A DNA stretch of 62,907 nucleotides, filler included, from Octopus bimaculoides (GCF_001194135.2; 7 parts of 7 records of this genome joined end to end with filler, not necessarily neighbours in it), one strand, 5' to 3'; counted from the whole stretch's first letter, positions 1 through 13,147 are shown. The notes: a model not told the origin generated them from the letters alone. A program made the numbers and translations.

Positions 1-11
1 GATAATATGAT

Positions 12-960
<949 letters not shown>

Positions 961-1020
961 TATTGCCTTCATAATTGATTATATATGTGATGTACTCATT
1001 TTGCCGTTCAATTTATGTAT

Positions 1021-1055
<35 letters not shown>

Positions 1056-1634
1056 CGTATATATATATATATATATATATATATNNNNNNNNNNNNNNNN
1101 NNNNNNNNNNNNNNNNNNNNNNNNNNNNNNNNNNNNNNNNNNNNNNNNNNNNNNNNNNNNNNNNNNNNNNNNNNNNNNNNNNNNNNNNNNNNNNNNNNNN
1201 NNNNNNNNNNNNNNNNNNNNNNNNNNNNNNNNNNNNNNNNNNNNNNNNNNNNNNNNNNNNNNNNNNNNNNNNNNNNNNNNNNNNNNNNNNNNNNNNNNNN
1301 NNNNNNNNNNNNNNNNNNNNNNNNNNNNNNNNNNNNNNNNNNNNNNNNNNNNNNNNNNNNNNNNNNNNNNNNNNNNNNNNNNNNNNNNNNNNNNNNNNNN
1401 NNNNNNNNNNNNNNNNNNNNNNNNNNNNNNNNNNNNNNNNNNNNNNNNNNNNNNNNNNNNNNNNNNNNNNNNNNNNNNNNNNNNNNNNNNNNNNNNNNNN
1501 NNNNNNNNNNNNNNNNNNNNATATATATATATATATGTATGTGTGTACAGGTACATGTGTATATTTACATTATACACAATGATTTAGAAAATTTGGACAA
1601 AAAAAACTTGATCAAATACCAGACACACAAACAA

Positions 1635-1680
<46 letters not shown>

Positions 1681-2063
1681 CACAAGTGCGCAAAAGCTCC
1701 AACGCTCCAACTCTTCAACACACCAAAAAAAACAGTAGAGAAACTAGGTATTAAGTTGCTTAGTTCAGATTAAACGTATTAAAAGCAAAACGCTGTTATT
1801 AAGCAGACACAAATATCATCGGTTGATCTGAATTGTTGCCTTCGTTAATTCGACAGAATAACACATAACACACATCTATATATAGCTTGGTGTCTTTCAT
1901 GGAAAACATTCCTCACTCTCTCCCTCCCTTTCTCTCATGCTTTCTATGAAAATTTATATATATAATACACTTGTGTTTACTAAATGTGTGTGTGTCTGTC
2001 TGCGTGTCGTTGTGGGTATGTATGTGTGTATATACACATATATATGTATTTATGTATATATGT

Positions 2064-2457
2064 TGTTGTTGTTGTTGTTGGCACTCCGTCGCTTACGTCG
2101 TCGAGGATTCCAGTTGATCCGATCAACGGAACAGCCTGCTCGTGAAATTAACGTGCAAGTGGCTGAGCACTCCACAGACACGTGTACCCTTAACGTAGTT
2201 CTCGGGGATATTCAGCGTGACACAGTGTGACAAAGCTGACCCTTTGAATTACAGGCACAACAGAAATAGGAAGTAAGAGTGAGAGAAAGTTGTGGTGAAA
2301 GAGTACAGCAGGGTTCGCCATCATCCCCTGCCGGAGCCTCGTGGAGCGTTAGGCGTTTTCGTTCAATAAACACTCACAAAGCCCGGTCTGGGAATCGAAA
2401 CTGCGATCCTATGACCACGAGTCCGCTGCCCTAACCACTGGGCCATTGCGCCTCCAC
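2064..2457 (-). mobile_element. tRNA-derived SINE with (CAA)n tail
   Basis: Minus-strand head GTGGAGGCGCAATGGCCCAGTGGTTAGG...GTTTCGATTCC (Pol III A and B boxes); (TGT)n run at the left end is the tail; flanked by a long direct repeat. Confidence 0.88.
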
Positions 2458-2522
2458 ATGTATATATGTATGTGTGTGTATATACACATATATATGTATT
2501 TATGTATATATGTATGTATACA

Positions 2523-2573
<51 letters not shown>

Positions 2574-2770
2574 GTGTGCTTGTGTGTGTGAAGCAGGTTA
2601 ATTGTTTCATGATAAAGTTCCGCTGGCTCAGTTGTGTGTCTACATCATCATATGTACAGAGTCAAACTCATTTCTGCACACGAACTCCATCTACAAGTGT
2701 TTAGTGCTACTTCGTTATTTGTTCATCCACCTACATACCAACCGACACACACGCGTACAAATACTCTCTA

Positions 2771-2775
<5 letters not shown>

Positions 2776-2854
<79 letters not shown>

Positions 2855-2900
2855 ACACAAACACACACAGACACACAAACACATACACACACACAAGCTC

Positions 2901-2966
<66 letters not shown>
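2776..2966. repeat. Compound microsatellite (CT)n-(CA)n-(GATA)n
   Basis: Directly visible. Confidence 0.97.
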
Positions 2967-2968
<2 letters not shown>

Positions 2969-2969
2969 A

Positions 2970-3218
2970 ATGATGTTGGCATCAATTTTAAAATCCATCC
3001 AAGTCTTGGCCCACTACAAAAATCGAACTCAGTACACATACCAACATTACATCACAATTACTTTACCTCAACAATTACTTTACCATACCAAAATACATCA
3101 AAATGGAAACAGATCCCATAAAATTCAAATGTTCACTGGACAAATTTCCTCAAAAATCCCGAACCAACCTCTTACACCCAGAGATGTCTCCAGCAATAAT
3201 AACTCTTTGCTAGAGTGA
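2970..3218 (+). mobile_element. CR1/L2-group LINE ORF2 C-terminal remnant
   Basis: Frame-shifted translation IPKYIKMETDPIKFKCSLDKF..KIPNQPLTP...NNNSLLE* matches the FK..LD.FL..IPD.P....NSL ending typical of CR1-group ORF2. Confidence 0.6.
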
Positions 3219-3384
3219 GCTATGGTGCTCCATATATGACTAAAAGACTTCACCATGGTGCTATTAAGTTAGACATGGCCTGGGTCTATACTGGCCGAAA
3301 CCTATCAAAGTCAATGTCAAAAGATAGGGGATATGTATATAAAACTTTGTTTGGTGTAGTGCAGCTACCTAACTACAGTTTTCA

Positions 3385-3830
3385 TTAAGGGAGATTAAAA
3401 TTGCCCAACATCAATATACTCCCGGAGTTGTATTTTTGTTGAAAGGACTCAGTTTTATTAAAGCACTCTTCAAAGAATCGTAGAGGAAATTGGGGAGGCC
3501 TGTAGAGACCAACAAGGGTTATGTCATTAACCTTGTTGAATAATGATATGGATTCACAGTAGCCATTAAAATATATGTCCTTGGCTTTCATGGCAAAGAA
3601 ATCATGGAGAAAATGGCTGTTCCTCCTTTATTTCGGTCTGTGCAATCTGCACAGATGATGGAGATTGTTTTTTTTTATTTTCACTTCGGCATTCATGTGA
3701 GTGTTGTTTGGGTGCGCTTCTGTGAGGATGGAGAATTCTCTATGTATGGAATATTCTATTTCTGGGGCGCTGGATGGTGAGTTGATGCCACGTACATTTA
3801 GCAGGAATGTCAGAACGAAGGTTGGTCGTT
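3385..3830 (-). mobile_element. APE endonuclease fragment of a CR1/Jockey-group LINE
   Basis: Minus translations FLLNVRGI...ILTEAH...DRNKGGTAI and LVGLYRPP...ILMLGNFNLP are APE motifs (N-x-x-G, E, GG, YRPP, GDFN). Confidence 0.75.
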
Positions 3831-4077
3831 GTTTGTATTGTCTTAATACCTTGTTTTGTGTGTTACGCTTGGGCTTTGAAGAATGAGTGGTGAAGTTGAT
3901 GTTGGTGACATGTTGAATCAGAACGTAACTAAATGTAACTAAATACTGTAAAGCAATTCATGAGACGCTCCTACGACTTTGCCAATCAACCTGCTCTGTA
4001 TGTATGTATTTATATATGTATGTATGTATTTGTGTATGTATGTATGTATGTATGTATGTATGTATGTGTATGTGTGC

Positions 4078-4121
<44 letters not shown>

Positions 4122-6351
4122 NNNNNNNNNNNNNNNNNNNNNNNNNNNNNNNNNNNNNNNNNNNNNNNNNNNNNNNNNNNNNNNNNNNNNNNNNNNNNNN
4201 NNNNNNNNNNNNNNNNNNNNNNNNNNNNNNNNNNNNNNNNNNNNNNNNNNNNNNNNNNNNNNNNNNNNNNNNNNNNNNNNNNNNNNNNNNNNNNNNNNNN
4301 NNNNNNNNNNNNNNNNNNNNNNNNNNNNNNNNNNNNNNNNNNNNNNNNNNNNNNNNNNNNNNNNNNNNNNNNNNNNNNNNNNNNNNNNNNNNNNNNNNNN
4401 NNNNNNNNNNNNNNNNNNNNNNNNNNNNNNNNNNNNNNNNNNNNNNNNNNNNNNNNNNNNNNNNNNNNNNNNNNNNNNNNNNNNNNNNNNNNNNNNNNNN
4501 NNNNNNNNNNNNNNNNNNNNNNNNNNNNNNNNNNNNNNNNNNNNNNNNNNNNNNNNNNNNNNNNNNNNNNNNNNNNNNNNNNNNNNNNNNNNNNNNNNNN
4601 NNNNNNNNNNNNNNNNNNNNNNNNNNNNNNNNNNNNNNNNNNNNNNNNNNNNNNNNNNNNNNNNNNNNNNNNNNNNNNNNNNNNNNNNNNNNNNNNNNNN
4701 TACATACATACATACATATATATACATATATATATATATGTACATATATATATATATACATATATATATACATACATACATACATACATACATACATACA
4801 TACATACATACGTGTATTTTTTTCTGACGTAAATTCTATACGTCACATCTATTACTCCATGGCTGACTTATTTCTCCTTCGTTAGAGTGTTCCAATCATT
4901 TATATACGCTGGCTGTCTAGAATTTTTATTTAACACGCTGTCAGGTTTTTGACTCTCCCCGACGCCAAAGCGCAAAGGAATTTTACTGCACCGCCTGAGA
5001 TTCTCTATTCCCTAACCTCTCTACTCCTTTTCCACCTACTCTTCCCTGTACTTGCCGTCCTTCTATTTCAACTTAATGACATCTATAAACATCACCCACT
5101 TTGTCTCCTTTTAGGGCGACCTACCCGCAAACTAATGCTTTCATTGATCAATTGATTTTGTTTTGTTTTTGTCTTTTTTTTTGTGTGTGTTTTCAACTTG
5201 CCATTTTTGTTGTGACTAATTTGATAAATCATTTCTTCATCTCCATTCGGCAGTGTGAGCAACTTAGAGGTAATAGTACCAGAAGATTAGCTAAGCAAGT
5301 TTTATGTTACAATCTATATAACTAACATTGTTTTAGTTATGAAACAATTGTACTTCATGCTTTACTTCTTCCATTCCTTACATTCGCGGATTTTTATTCG
5401 CATTTTTAGCAACTTTGGCTGCCACACCGTGAGTTGTATGGTGACAGTCAACTTATCAAAATTTCCTTTGATTTCAATTTGAGAAGAATTGTGTAACTTA
5501 CAATGGTTAATAAACTCGTAAACTCGTCTTATCGTATTTTGTCTACTTTAGTCATCAATACTTACTGTATACATGTTCGAAGCCTACAAACATCCGANNN
5601 NNNNNNNNNNNNNNNNNNNNNNNNNNNNNNNNNNNNNNNNNNNNNNNNNNNNNNNNNNNNNNNNNNNNNNNNNNNNNNNNNNNNNNNNNNNNNNNNNNNN
5701 NNNNNNNNNNNNNNNNNNNNNNNNNNNNNNNNNNNNNNNNNNNNNNNNNNNNNNNNNNNNNNNNNNNNNNNNNNNNNNNNNNNNNNNNNNNNNNNNNNNN
5801 NNNNNNNNNNNNNNNNNNNNNNNNNNNNNNNNNNNNNNNNNNNNNNNNNNNNNNNNNNNNNNNNNNNNNNNNNNNNNNNNNNNNNNNNNNNNNNNNNNNN
5901 NNNNNNNNNNNNNNNNNNNNNNNNNNNNNNNNNNNNNNNNNNNNNNNNNNNNNNNNNNNNNNNNNNNNNNNNNNNNNNNNNNNNNNNNNNNNNNNNNNNN
6001 NNNNNNNNNNNNNNNNNNNNNNNNNNNNNNNNNNNNNNNNNNNNNNNNNNNNNNNNNNNNNNNNNNNNNNNNNNNNNNNNNNNNNNNNNNNNNNNNNNNN
6101 NNNNNNNNNNNNNNNNNNNNNNNNNNNNNNNNNNNNNNNNNNNNNNNNNNNNNNNNNNNNNNNNNNNNNNNNNNNNNNNNNNNNNNNNNNNNNNNNNNNN
6201 NNNNNNNNNNNNNNNNNNNNNNNNNNNNNNNNNNNNNNNNNNNNNNNNNNNNNNNNNNNNNNNNNNNNNNNNNNNNNNNNNNNNNNNNNNNNNNNNNNCT
6301 CTCTCTCCCTCTCCCCCTTTCTTTCTCTCTCTCCCTCTCCCTCCCTCTCTC

Positions 6352-6382
<31 letters not shown>

Positions 6383-7479
6383 TTCTCTTTCTCTCACTCT
6401 TACACATAAGACTATAACATGAAGTCTTATATATTTCCGATAATTATTTCCTTTGCTGGGATCGTTGATAATCTTATAGTTCATTTGATTAACGAAAATA
6501 AAAAATTATTATTTTTACCCATCTGTAATTGTATGCCTTTATATAAGTTATTGACACTAAAATGTAAAAATATTTATTTCGACTGCAAAGTAATGCAAAT
6601 AAGCTGTACAATTACATGTACCAGAGCTTATAGTAAATTTTTCAATATGATTATTTACCCAATAGAATTTTCCAGAGACACCGACATAATTTGAAAAAAA
6701 ATATCTGAAAGGTAAATTTGTTGGTATAGCTGTTTGGTATGTTACATACCTCAGAATATACCCACGTGACGTCAGCTGTTTTTAGCATTCTAAACAACCG
6801 CGTAGAGAACGGTTACCTTTGAGTTTGTTAAAAAAGAGAGACTGTGATAAAGTAATGAAAGAAGTATTTCCTAAGCGAGTGAGTACAACTAGTAGAAGAA
6901 ACGGCAAAAAGAAAACTGCCCGGAGGGCTGTTTCCATGCTAATTTACGAAATAAACAACCATTAGATATGAGATTCATGCTAACATTTGGGTCTTTTGTA
7001 ACGGTTAACATTAAATATTTCAACAAAAATGTTATTTATAGCGACAAAAACCGGTGAATAAGCAATGCAAAGTACTAAAAGAAAGGCAGAGGCGTATTCT
7101 AATAATATGGTAGTTGTTTACAGTCCACAGTGTTTGTCGGTTGAATGGCAAATAACCTAGTACAGGCTCCAAACAAGTTTAAAAATTTTCTTTGTTAACG
7201 TGAGTCTCATTCAAAGCCTCTTTTTTTTTAATGAAAAAAAGAAGGAATGTCGTTTGCAAATTTGTGATTTGTTGATCCATTTCTATTTCTTGAATCTAGT
7301 TAAAATGTTACTCAGTGTAAATTTTATTACGTTATTGAACGTAAGTGGACTGTGTTCTCTCTTTCTCTGGATTGCTTATGCGATCATGTATTCTTTCATA
7401 TATGTATACATACATTCACACTTATACACATATATGTATGTGTGTGTACGTGCTTGTGTGTGTGTATACTGGGCATCAA

Positions 7480-7880
7480 CCCCGAATTTCTATATTGTGC
7501 TATTGCTAGATAGTTGTTTACCATACGCGGAGTTCATCAGTTCATCAGGTGTTGCTAGTTTTCTCGCAACACTCTTCATCAGGCTAACTTGATGGTGATG
7601 TTGTCGGTGGAAGTGATGGTGCAGGTTTAGTTGCCGACGATTTCACTATACAACAAGTGGTCTGTAAGTTCAGCAGGATGTAGCGCTTGTTCATTGCAAG
7701 ATTGTAGAATTTTAAATGCATAATTTAGGCAGATGCAAAACACTTGACAGCGAGTGTCTTGCTCTCGAGATTCAGATTGCCACTGATGTTAGTCACAATA
7801 AGAAGCACTATCGTTTCATGGAGCAAGTGTATTGGCCCTAAAAGTTCAGTATCGGTTGCTATGCTTTTTAGGAGTGGCTT
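7480..7880 (-). mobile_element. Penelope-like element 3' remnant with decayed hammerhead motif
   Basis: Weak resemblance to the PLE GIY-YIG C-terminus (NLNLESKTLAV...NKRYILLN), followed by CTGATGA, a GAGTGTTGC/GCAACAC stem and CGCGTA. Confidence 0.5.
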
Positions 7881-7888
7881 TAATCTTG

Positions 7889-8318
7889 TATTCTTTTATT
7901 CTTTTATTTGTTTCAGTCGTTTGACTGTGGCCATGCTGGAGCACCACCTTGAAGGATTTTAGTCAAATAAATCGATACCAGAACTTATTTTTTAAGCTTA
8001 GTACTTATTCTATCGATCTCTTTTGCCGAACCGCTAAGTTACGGGAACGTAAATACACTAACACCGGTTGTCAAGCTGTGGTGGGGGACAAAAACAATCA
8101 CACAGACACACACACATACATATATACATACAATCACACAGACACACACACATACATATATATACATATATATACAACAGGCTTCTTTCAGTTTCCGTCC
8201 ACCAAATTCACTCACAAGGCTTTGGTCAGCCCGAGGCTATAGTAAAAGACACTTGCTCAAGGCGCCAGGTAGTGGGATGCAATTCGGAACCATGAAGTTG
8301 GGAAGCCACGCTTGCACC
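7889..8318 (-). mobile_element. Composite tRNA-derived SINE with internal (CA/TA) microsatellite
   Basis: Colinear with the copy at 40501-40908: shared head, GTACTTATTCTATCGATCTCTTTTG core and CAGTCATTTGACTG(C/T)GGCCATGCTG tail. Confidence 0.85.
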
Positions 8319-8329
8319 TATATACTAAA

Positions 8330-8960
8330 TCAACAGAAACCAAGTGTAACTGGATGGAACACTTTTCTGGGCGGTTAAACTGAGTCTGCGGTTGATATAG
8401 TAGCCTTTAACCAATGAACAAAGATCAATCATCATATTGCATCCACTGCAGTGAGGCGGCAAAGGCTGTAAGTAAATTGAATCTTGATCAGATTCCTGGT
8501 AAAGATGGAAACAGCATTGAGCTTTTAGCACTTTGATGAGAATGGTGCCACATGAAATCATAAGGTTATTAGTGTCGTTTGGAGAGGCAGTTCTGTTGCC
8601 AAGAATTGGAAAGATGCAATTATGTTACCTCTCTATGAAAAGTTTGAAGAGTAATAGTCTGAAGCATTTCTTGCAAAAACACACAAGCATTGTTTACGTT
8701 GGACCGGACATCGTGTACGAATGAATAGTCAGGGAATCCCAAAACAGATGCTGCGGCAAGAACTTGTACATGGAAAACACTTTCGGTGCGAAGTAAAGCA
8801 AGTCTGCAGTTTAAGAACTGTGAAGTCCTCCTTGAAACATTTAAAATGATTGTATTCAACTGGGAAATAATACCTTAAACCACAATCAATGAAGAAAATA
8901 AGTAAAAGGTGGTGCAGTTCGATGATTTAAGCAAGCTGCAAAAAAAAAAACCGCACAATT
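8330..8960 (+). mobile_element. Decayed RTE (BovB-like) LINE remnant, internally deleted
   Basis: Translated pieces W.EHF, DG..IELL, VAKNWKDAIMLPLYEK and an RM...IPKQ.L-like segment. Confidence 0.55.
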
Positions 8961-9555
8961 CGAGACGTGGTTGAAGCTTCGTATGTGATGTTTGTGATCG
9001 TATAGGCTGTGGTTGGCACGCACATCTCAGAGCAGATATATATAGTGGATATGTTCTTTAGGACAATTATGTTTGGGTTCATATCTAGATGGATGAATCT
9101 CACTGCATCGAAGCAAATGAGGAGACTTTTATGCAAATGAATGGACTTTTATGCAGTTTTTTAATAGCAGCTACAATCTCCACATTGCACACCCTACCAA
9201 AGTTCTTATTTAATTTCCTCCTGTATGTTGTACAGGCTATGTTTAGTTCAATATAAACCTTTAAAGAGTTAAATCTGCAATATAACATCAAGTACAGGCA
9301 TTGAGTTGGCAGAATCTTCAGAATGTCTGAGAAAAATTATTTACAGTATTAAAGTTTATTCTTTGCGTTTTGGTTTCAAATTATGCCAACTTTTGAATTC
9401 AAACTTCCAGGATCTATAAAATTAAATATCAGTCAGGACATCGAACGATTTATGCTTCTATAATACATTGTAGACGTAAATGCAATTATAATAGAAGACA
9501 AAAACAAATAAACAAATTTTTTTCTCTCAACACAAACTTAATGATTCTCGTAGTG

Positions 9556-10490
9556 GTTATTGCTTAGCCCAAGGTTATCTAAACTCAGCGGTTCTATAAT
9601 CAAAGACGTTTTAGTTTTGATCATCTCATCTTTTATTCAGATGTAATTTATGACTACATTGTTAAACGTGTCCTTCATTTAAAAATATAGAAAGGCGCGA
9701 TTTGGGGGAGATATGACAATTATTTGTAGATAATTGAATAGACTATAACTATTCCAGTAACTACGTCCTGCAACTGATTTCAAGATTCATATAGGCAACC
9801 GAAGAAGTCAGAATAATACCGAAACACATCTAGCGATATTTCCTGTAGAGAAAATTAATTTAGTCATTAAAAAACTATATATTCTCGTGTCCCATATTCA
9901 TTTCTCGTAGTTTTAAATTATTTTATGCCTTAAACGTTAACATAAAATTACTGCAAATTACCCCGTAGATAAAATTAAGTTCCTCATTAACAAATATTTT
10001 CTTGTGTTTCATATTCATTTCTTGTAGTTTTTAAATATTTCATGCCTTAAATCGGTTAGCAGAAAATTACTGCAAATTACATAGTTACTGTTGTTGTTTA
10101 GTCTCATGTCCTACTTGAGCAGACTCCTGACGTGATCGCCCTGTGTTTATATCAGAGATTACACTGTCTAGTTTGTCTTTTCTTCTTTTAAGACGCTAGG
10201 ATACGATATGAAGGCGACTTGGTTACTTTTTCTAGATCAGGCAACCTCGTAGAGTCCACCTTGTAGACATGTTGTATTCAGATGATGTTTTGTCCTTGGT
10301 CAACCCTGATCAAGCAGACCTGTATAATCAAAGACGTTCCAGCCGTAACCATCCCACCTTTTTATATATCCAGGACTACTAAGTGTTGTTCCTTCTCTAA
10401 GATAATAGAGTTCAGATTTTGTAATTTGAGATAGAAATTGACTATTATTTCTAACAGATCAAATAACCACGTATAAGCCCTCATTGGCTC
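9556..10490. mobile_element. Three diverged copies of a ~200-bp interspersed repeat (about 9556-9735, 10088-10262, 10283-10490)
   Basis: Shared motifs such as CCCTGATCAAGCAGACC, ATAATCAAAGACGTT and GATTTGxGGGAGAT..G; another partial copy at about 45207-45290. Confidence 0.65.
9842..10081. repeat. Two-unit ~120-bp AT-rich tandem duplication
   Basis: CATATTCATTTCT(C/T)GTAGTTTT...ATGCCTTAAA...AAAATTACTGCAAATTAC occurs twice about 119 bp apart. Confidence 0.85.
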
Positions 10491-10946
10491 CAAATTACTG
10501 AGTTCGCTGAAAATCAAGCAGGAATTATCTATACAAGCTCTTACTTTTGATATTTTAATGAGACCAGATAAACTGTAAATGGAACACTAGTTGCTTACGT
10601 ATAAACCATTCATGTAGGTTGAAATCTGACGAATAACCAATAACAAATAAACTAGTTATGCTTCGTATGATTAATCGTCCTCGGGGCGTAAAATGAACAC
10701 TTCTCACCAAGGCAGAATAGTTTCTGCTTAATTTTTCAGTCGCAGTTTTCATAAAGTATTTTCAACAGTTATATTTGTTTTATTTTTTTCACTGATTTCA
10801 TTCATTAGATTGCAGCCGTGCTGCGACTCAGCCATTAAGGCTTTTTAATCAATTGTATCACTTTTAGTACTTCGGGCATAAAGAGGCGTGACCCAGATAG
10901 AGCGAAATCCCACAAGAGATTTTTGTTTGACGCACGTTTCTTTTAT

Positions 10947-10977
<31 letters not shown>

Positions 10978-11114
10978 NNNNNNNNNNNNNNNNNNNNNNN
11001 NNNNNNNNNNNNNNNNNNNNNTTAATTAATTAANNNNNNNNNNNNNNNNNNNNNNNNNNNNNNNNNNNNNNNNNNNNTGTTGGTAATTTTACCAGCTTTT
11101 TGATGTTGATATCA

Positions 11115-11190
11115 ATGCCGCTGGTGTTGCTGCTGCCGCTGGTGTTGCTGCTGCCGCTGGTGTTGCTGCTGCCGCTGGTGTTGCTGCTGA
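11115..11190. repeat. 18-bp minisatellite (GCCGCTGGTGTTGCTGCT) x ~4
   Basis: Directly visible perfect units. Confidence 0.92.
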
Positions 11191-11339
11191 CACCGTTGTC
11201 AACGCTGCTGGAGCGGAGGCTGTTGGTTTTGATGGTGTTGGAGGTAGTGGTGGTATTGGTGATGCTATTGCCGTTACTGCTGCTACAGTCGGGGGTTGCA
11301 AGGCCTGCCAGTGTGGCTGTTGTCAGGTCTGCTACTGTG

Positions 11340-11600
11340 CACATCAGTGGCTTCCTACGGGCAAATGTTGTGGATCCTGCATGAACAATCTGCTTCTTCA
11401 TGTGACTTAGGAACGCTAACTAGGATGCTCTTAATATTGGGGTCACAGCTAAATGAGACCCCTAACATTATGCCTGTTGAGATTTTCGGGCCATGGTTAC
11501 ATTTTAGGAAATTTCTGCTGGCCTTTTGGGAATCGAAAGTTGATAGCTAGTGAGGGAGGGAGATAATCCCCTATTTTTTACCCTCATCGCTGATTGATGG
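11340..11600 (-). mobile_element. Penelope-like (Naiad-type) RT-thumb/linker remnant
   Basis: Minus translations IGDYL..LAINFRFPKG.QKF and LGVSFSCDPNIKSIL...ADCSCRIHNICP parallel VGKIFLSLIDRHFP and LRLSFSCAPNVKQY...AGCSCRGNTSCP in the copy at 25298-27960. Confidence 0.6.
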
Positions 11601-12571
11601 CGGCACGGCCAGAAGTCGATAGCCACCAGCAAAGGGAGATAATCCCCTTGTTTACTTTTGCATTTTGTATTGAGATTCTTTCCCCTCCATATTTTAAACT
11701 GGTCTTAGGCCATCAGACATTGGGGNNNNNNNNNNNNNNNNNNNNNNNNNNNNNNNNNNNNNNNNNNNNNNNNNNNNNNNNNNNNNNNNNNNNNNNNNNN
11801 NNNNNNNNNNNNNNNNNNNNNNNNNNNNNNNNNNNNNNNNNNNNNNNNNNNNNNNNNNNNNNNNNNNNNNNNNNNNNNNNNNNNNNNNNNNNNNNNNNNN
11901 NNNNNNNNNNNNNNNNNNNNNNNNNNNNNNNNNNNNNNNNNNNNNNNNNNNNNNNNNNNNNNNNNNNNNNNNNNNNNNNNNNNNNNNNNNNNNNNNNNNN
12001 NNNNNNNNNNNNNNNNNNNNNNNNNNNNNNNNNNNNNNNNNNNNNNNNNNNNNNNNNNNNNNNNNNNNNNNNNNNNNNNNNNNNNNNNNNNNNNNNNNNN
12101 NNNNNNNNNNNNNNNNNNNNNNNNNNNNNNNNNNNNNNNNNNNNNNNNNNNNNNNNNNNNNNNNNNNNNNNNNNNNNNNNNNNNNNNNNNNNNNNNNNNN
12201 NNNNNNNNNNNNNNNNNNNNNNNNNNNNNNNNNNNNNNNNNNNNNNNNNNNNNNNNNNNNNNNNNNNNNNNNNNNNNNNNNNNNNNNNNNNNNNNNNNNN
12301 NNNNNNNNNNNNNNNNNNNNNNNNNNNNNNNNNNNNNNNNNNNNNNNNNNNNNNNNNNNNNNNNNNNNNNNNNNNNNNNNNNNNNNNNNNNNNNNNNNNN
12401 NNNNNNNNNNNNNNNNNNNNNNNNNNNNNNNNNNNNNNNNNNNNNNNNNNNNNNNNNNNNNNNNNNNNNNNNNNNNNNNNNNNNNNNNNNNNNNNNNNNN
12501 NNNNNNNNNNNNNNNNNNNNNNNNNNNNNNNNNNNNNNNNNNNNNNNNNNNNNNNNNNNNNNNNNNNNNNN

Positions 12572-12860
12572 CTTCCGCGGGTTCCCTCAACTGTTAGGGT
12601 GTGGCACTTTTTCACGCAACTATCCTCATCCATTCTCACCACATGTCCATACCAGCGCAATCGTCTCTCTTGCACACCACAACTGATGCTTCTAATGTTC
12701 AGCTTTTCTCTCAAGATACTTACACTCTGACGGGTATTCACATTGACATTACACATCCAACGGAGCATACTGGCTTCATTCCTTGCGAGCTTACGTATGT
12801 CCTCAGCAGTTACAGCCCATGTTTCACTGCCATGTAGCATGGCATTTACAATGTATACAT
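12572..12860 (-). mobile_element. RTE-clade LINE ORF C-terminal fragment
   Basis: AMLHGSETWAV...LREKLNIRSISCGVQERRLRWYGHVVRMDEDSCVKKC...EGTRG; continues into a gap. Confidence 0.92.
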
Positions 12861-12904
12861 GTGTATTGTGTTTAGATGTGTGTTTTGCCATTGTCTTGGC
12901 CTTA

Positions 12905-13147
12905 CTCGATGCCTAGTGTCACCATCACACAAATGGTACCTGTCTTCCATGCAAACATGGTCACTTCTAAAGAAATATTACCTTGCTGAGAAACAGAGGA
13001 TGGTTTGGTGATAAAAGGGTGGCAGGCTGTAAAAAGTCTGCCTCAATAAATTTTGTCTGACCTTTGCAAGCATGGAATAATGGACATGAAAATTATGAGG
13101 ACGATGGTGATGATGAAGATGTAGATGGTGATGATGATGATGATGGT
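12905..13147 (+). mobile_element. RTE-type 3' end with (GAT)n tail
   Basis: ...TCTGCCTCAATAAATTTTGTCTGACC.TTGCAAGCATGGAA.AATGGACATGAAAA followed by a GAT-rich run; resembles the 3' terminus of the other RTE copies. Confidence 0.7.
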
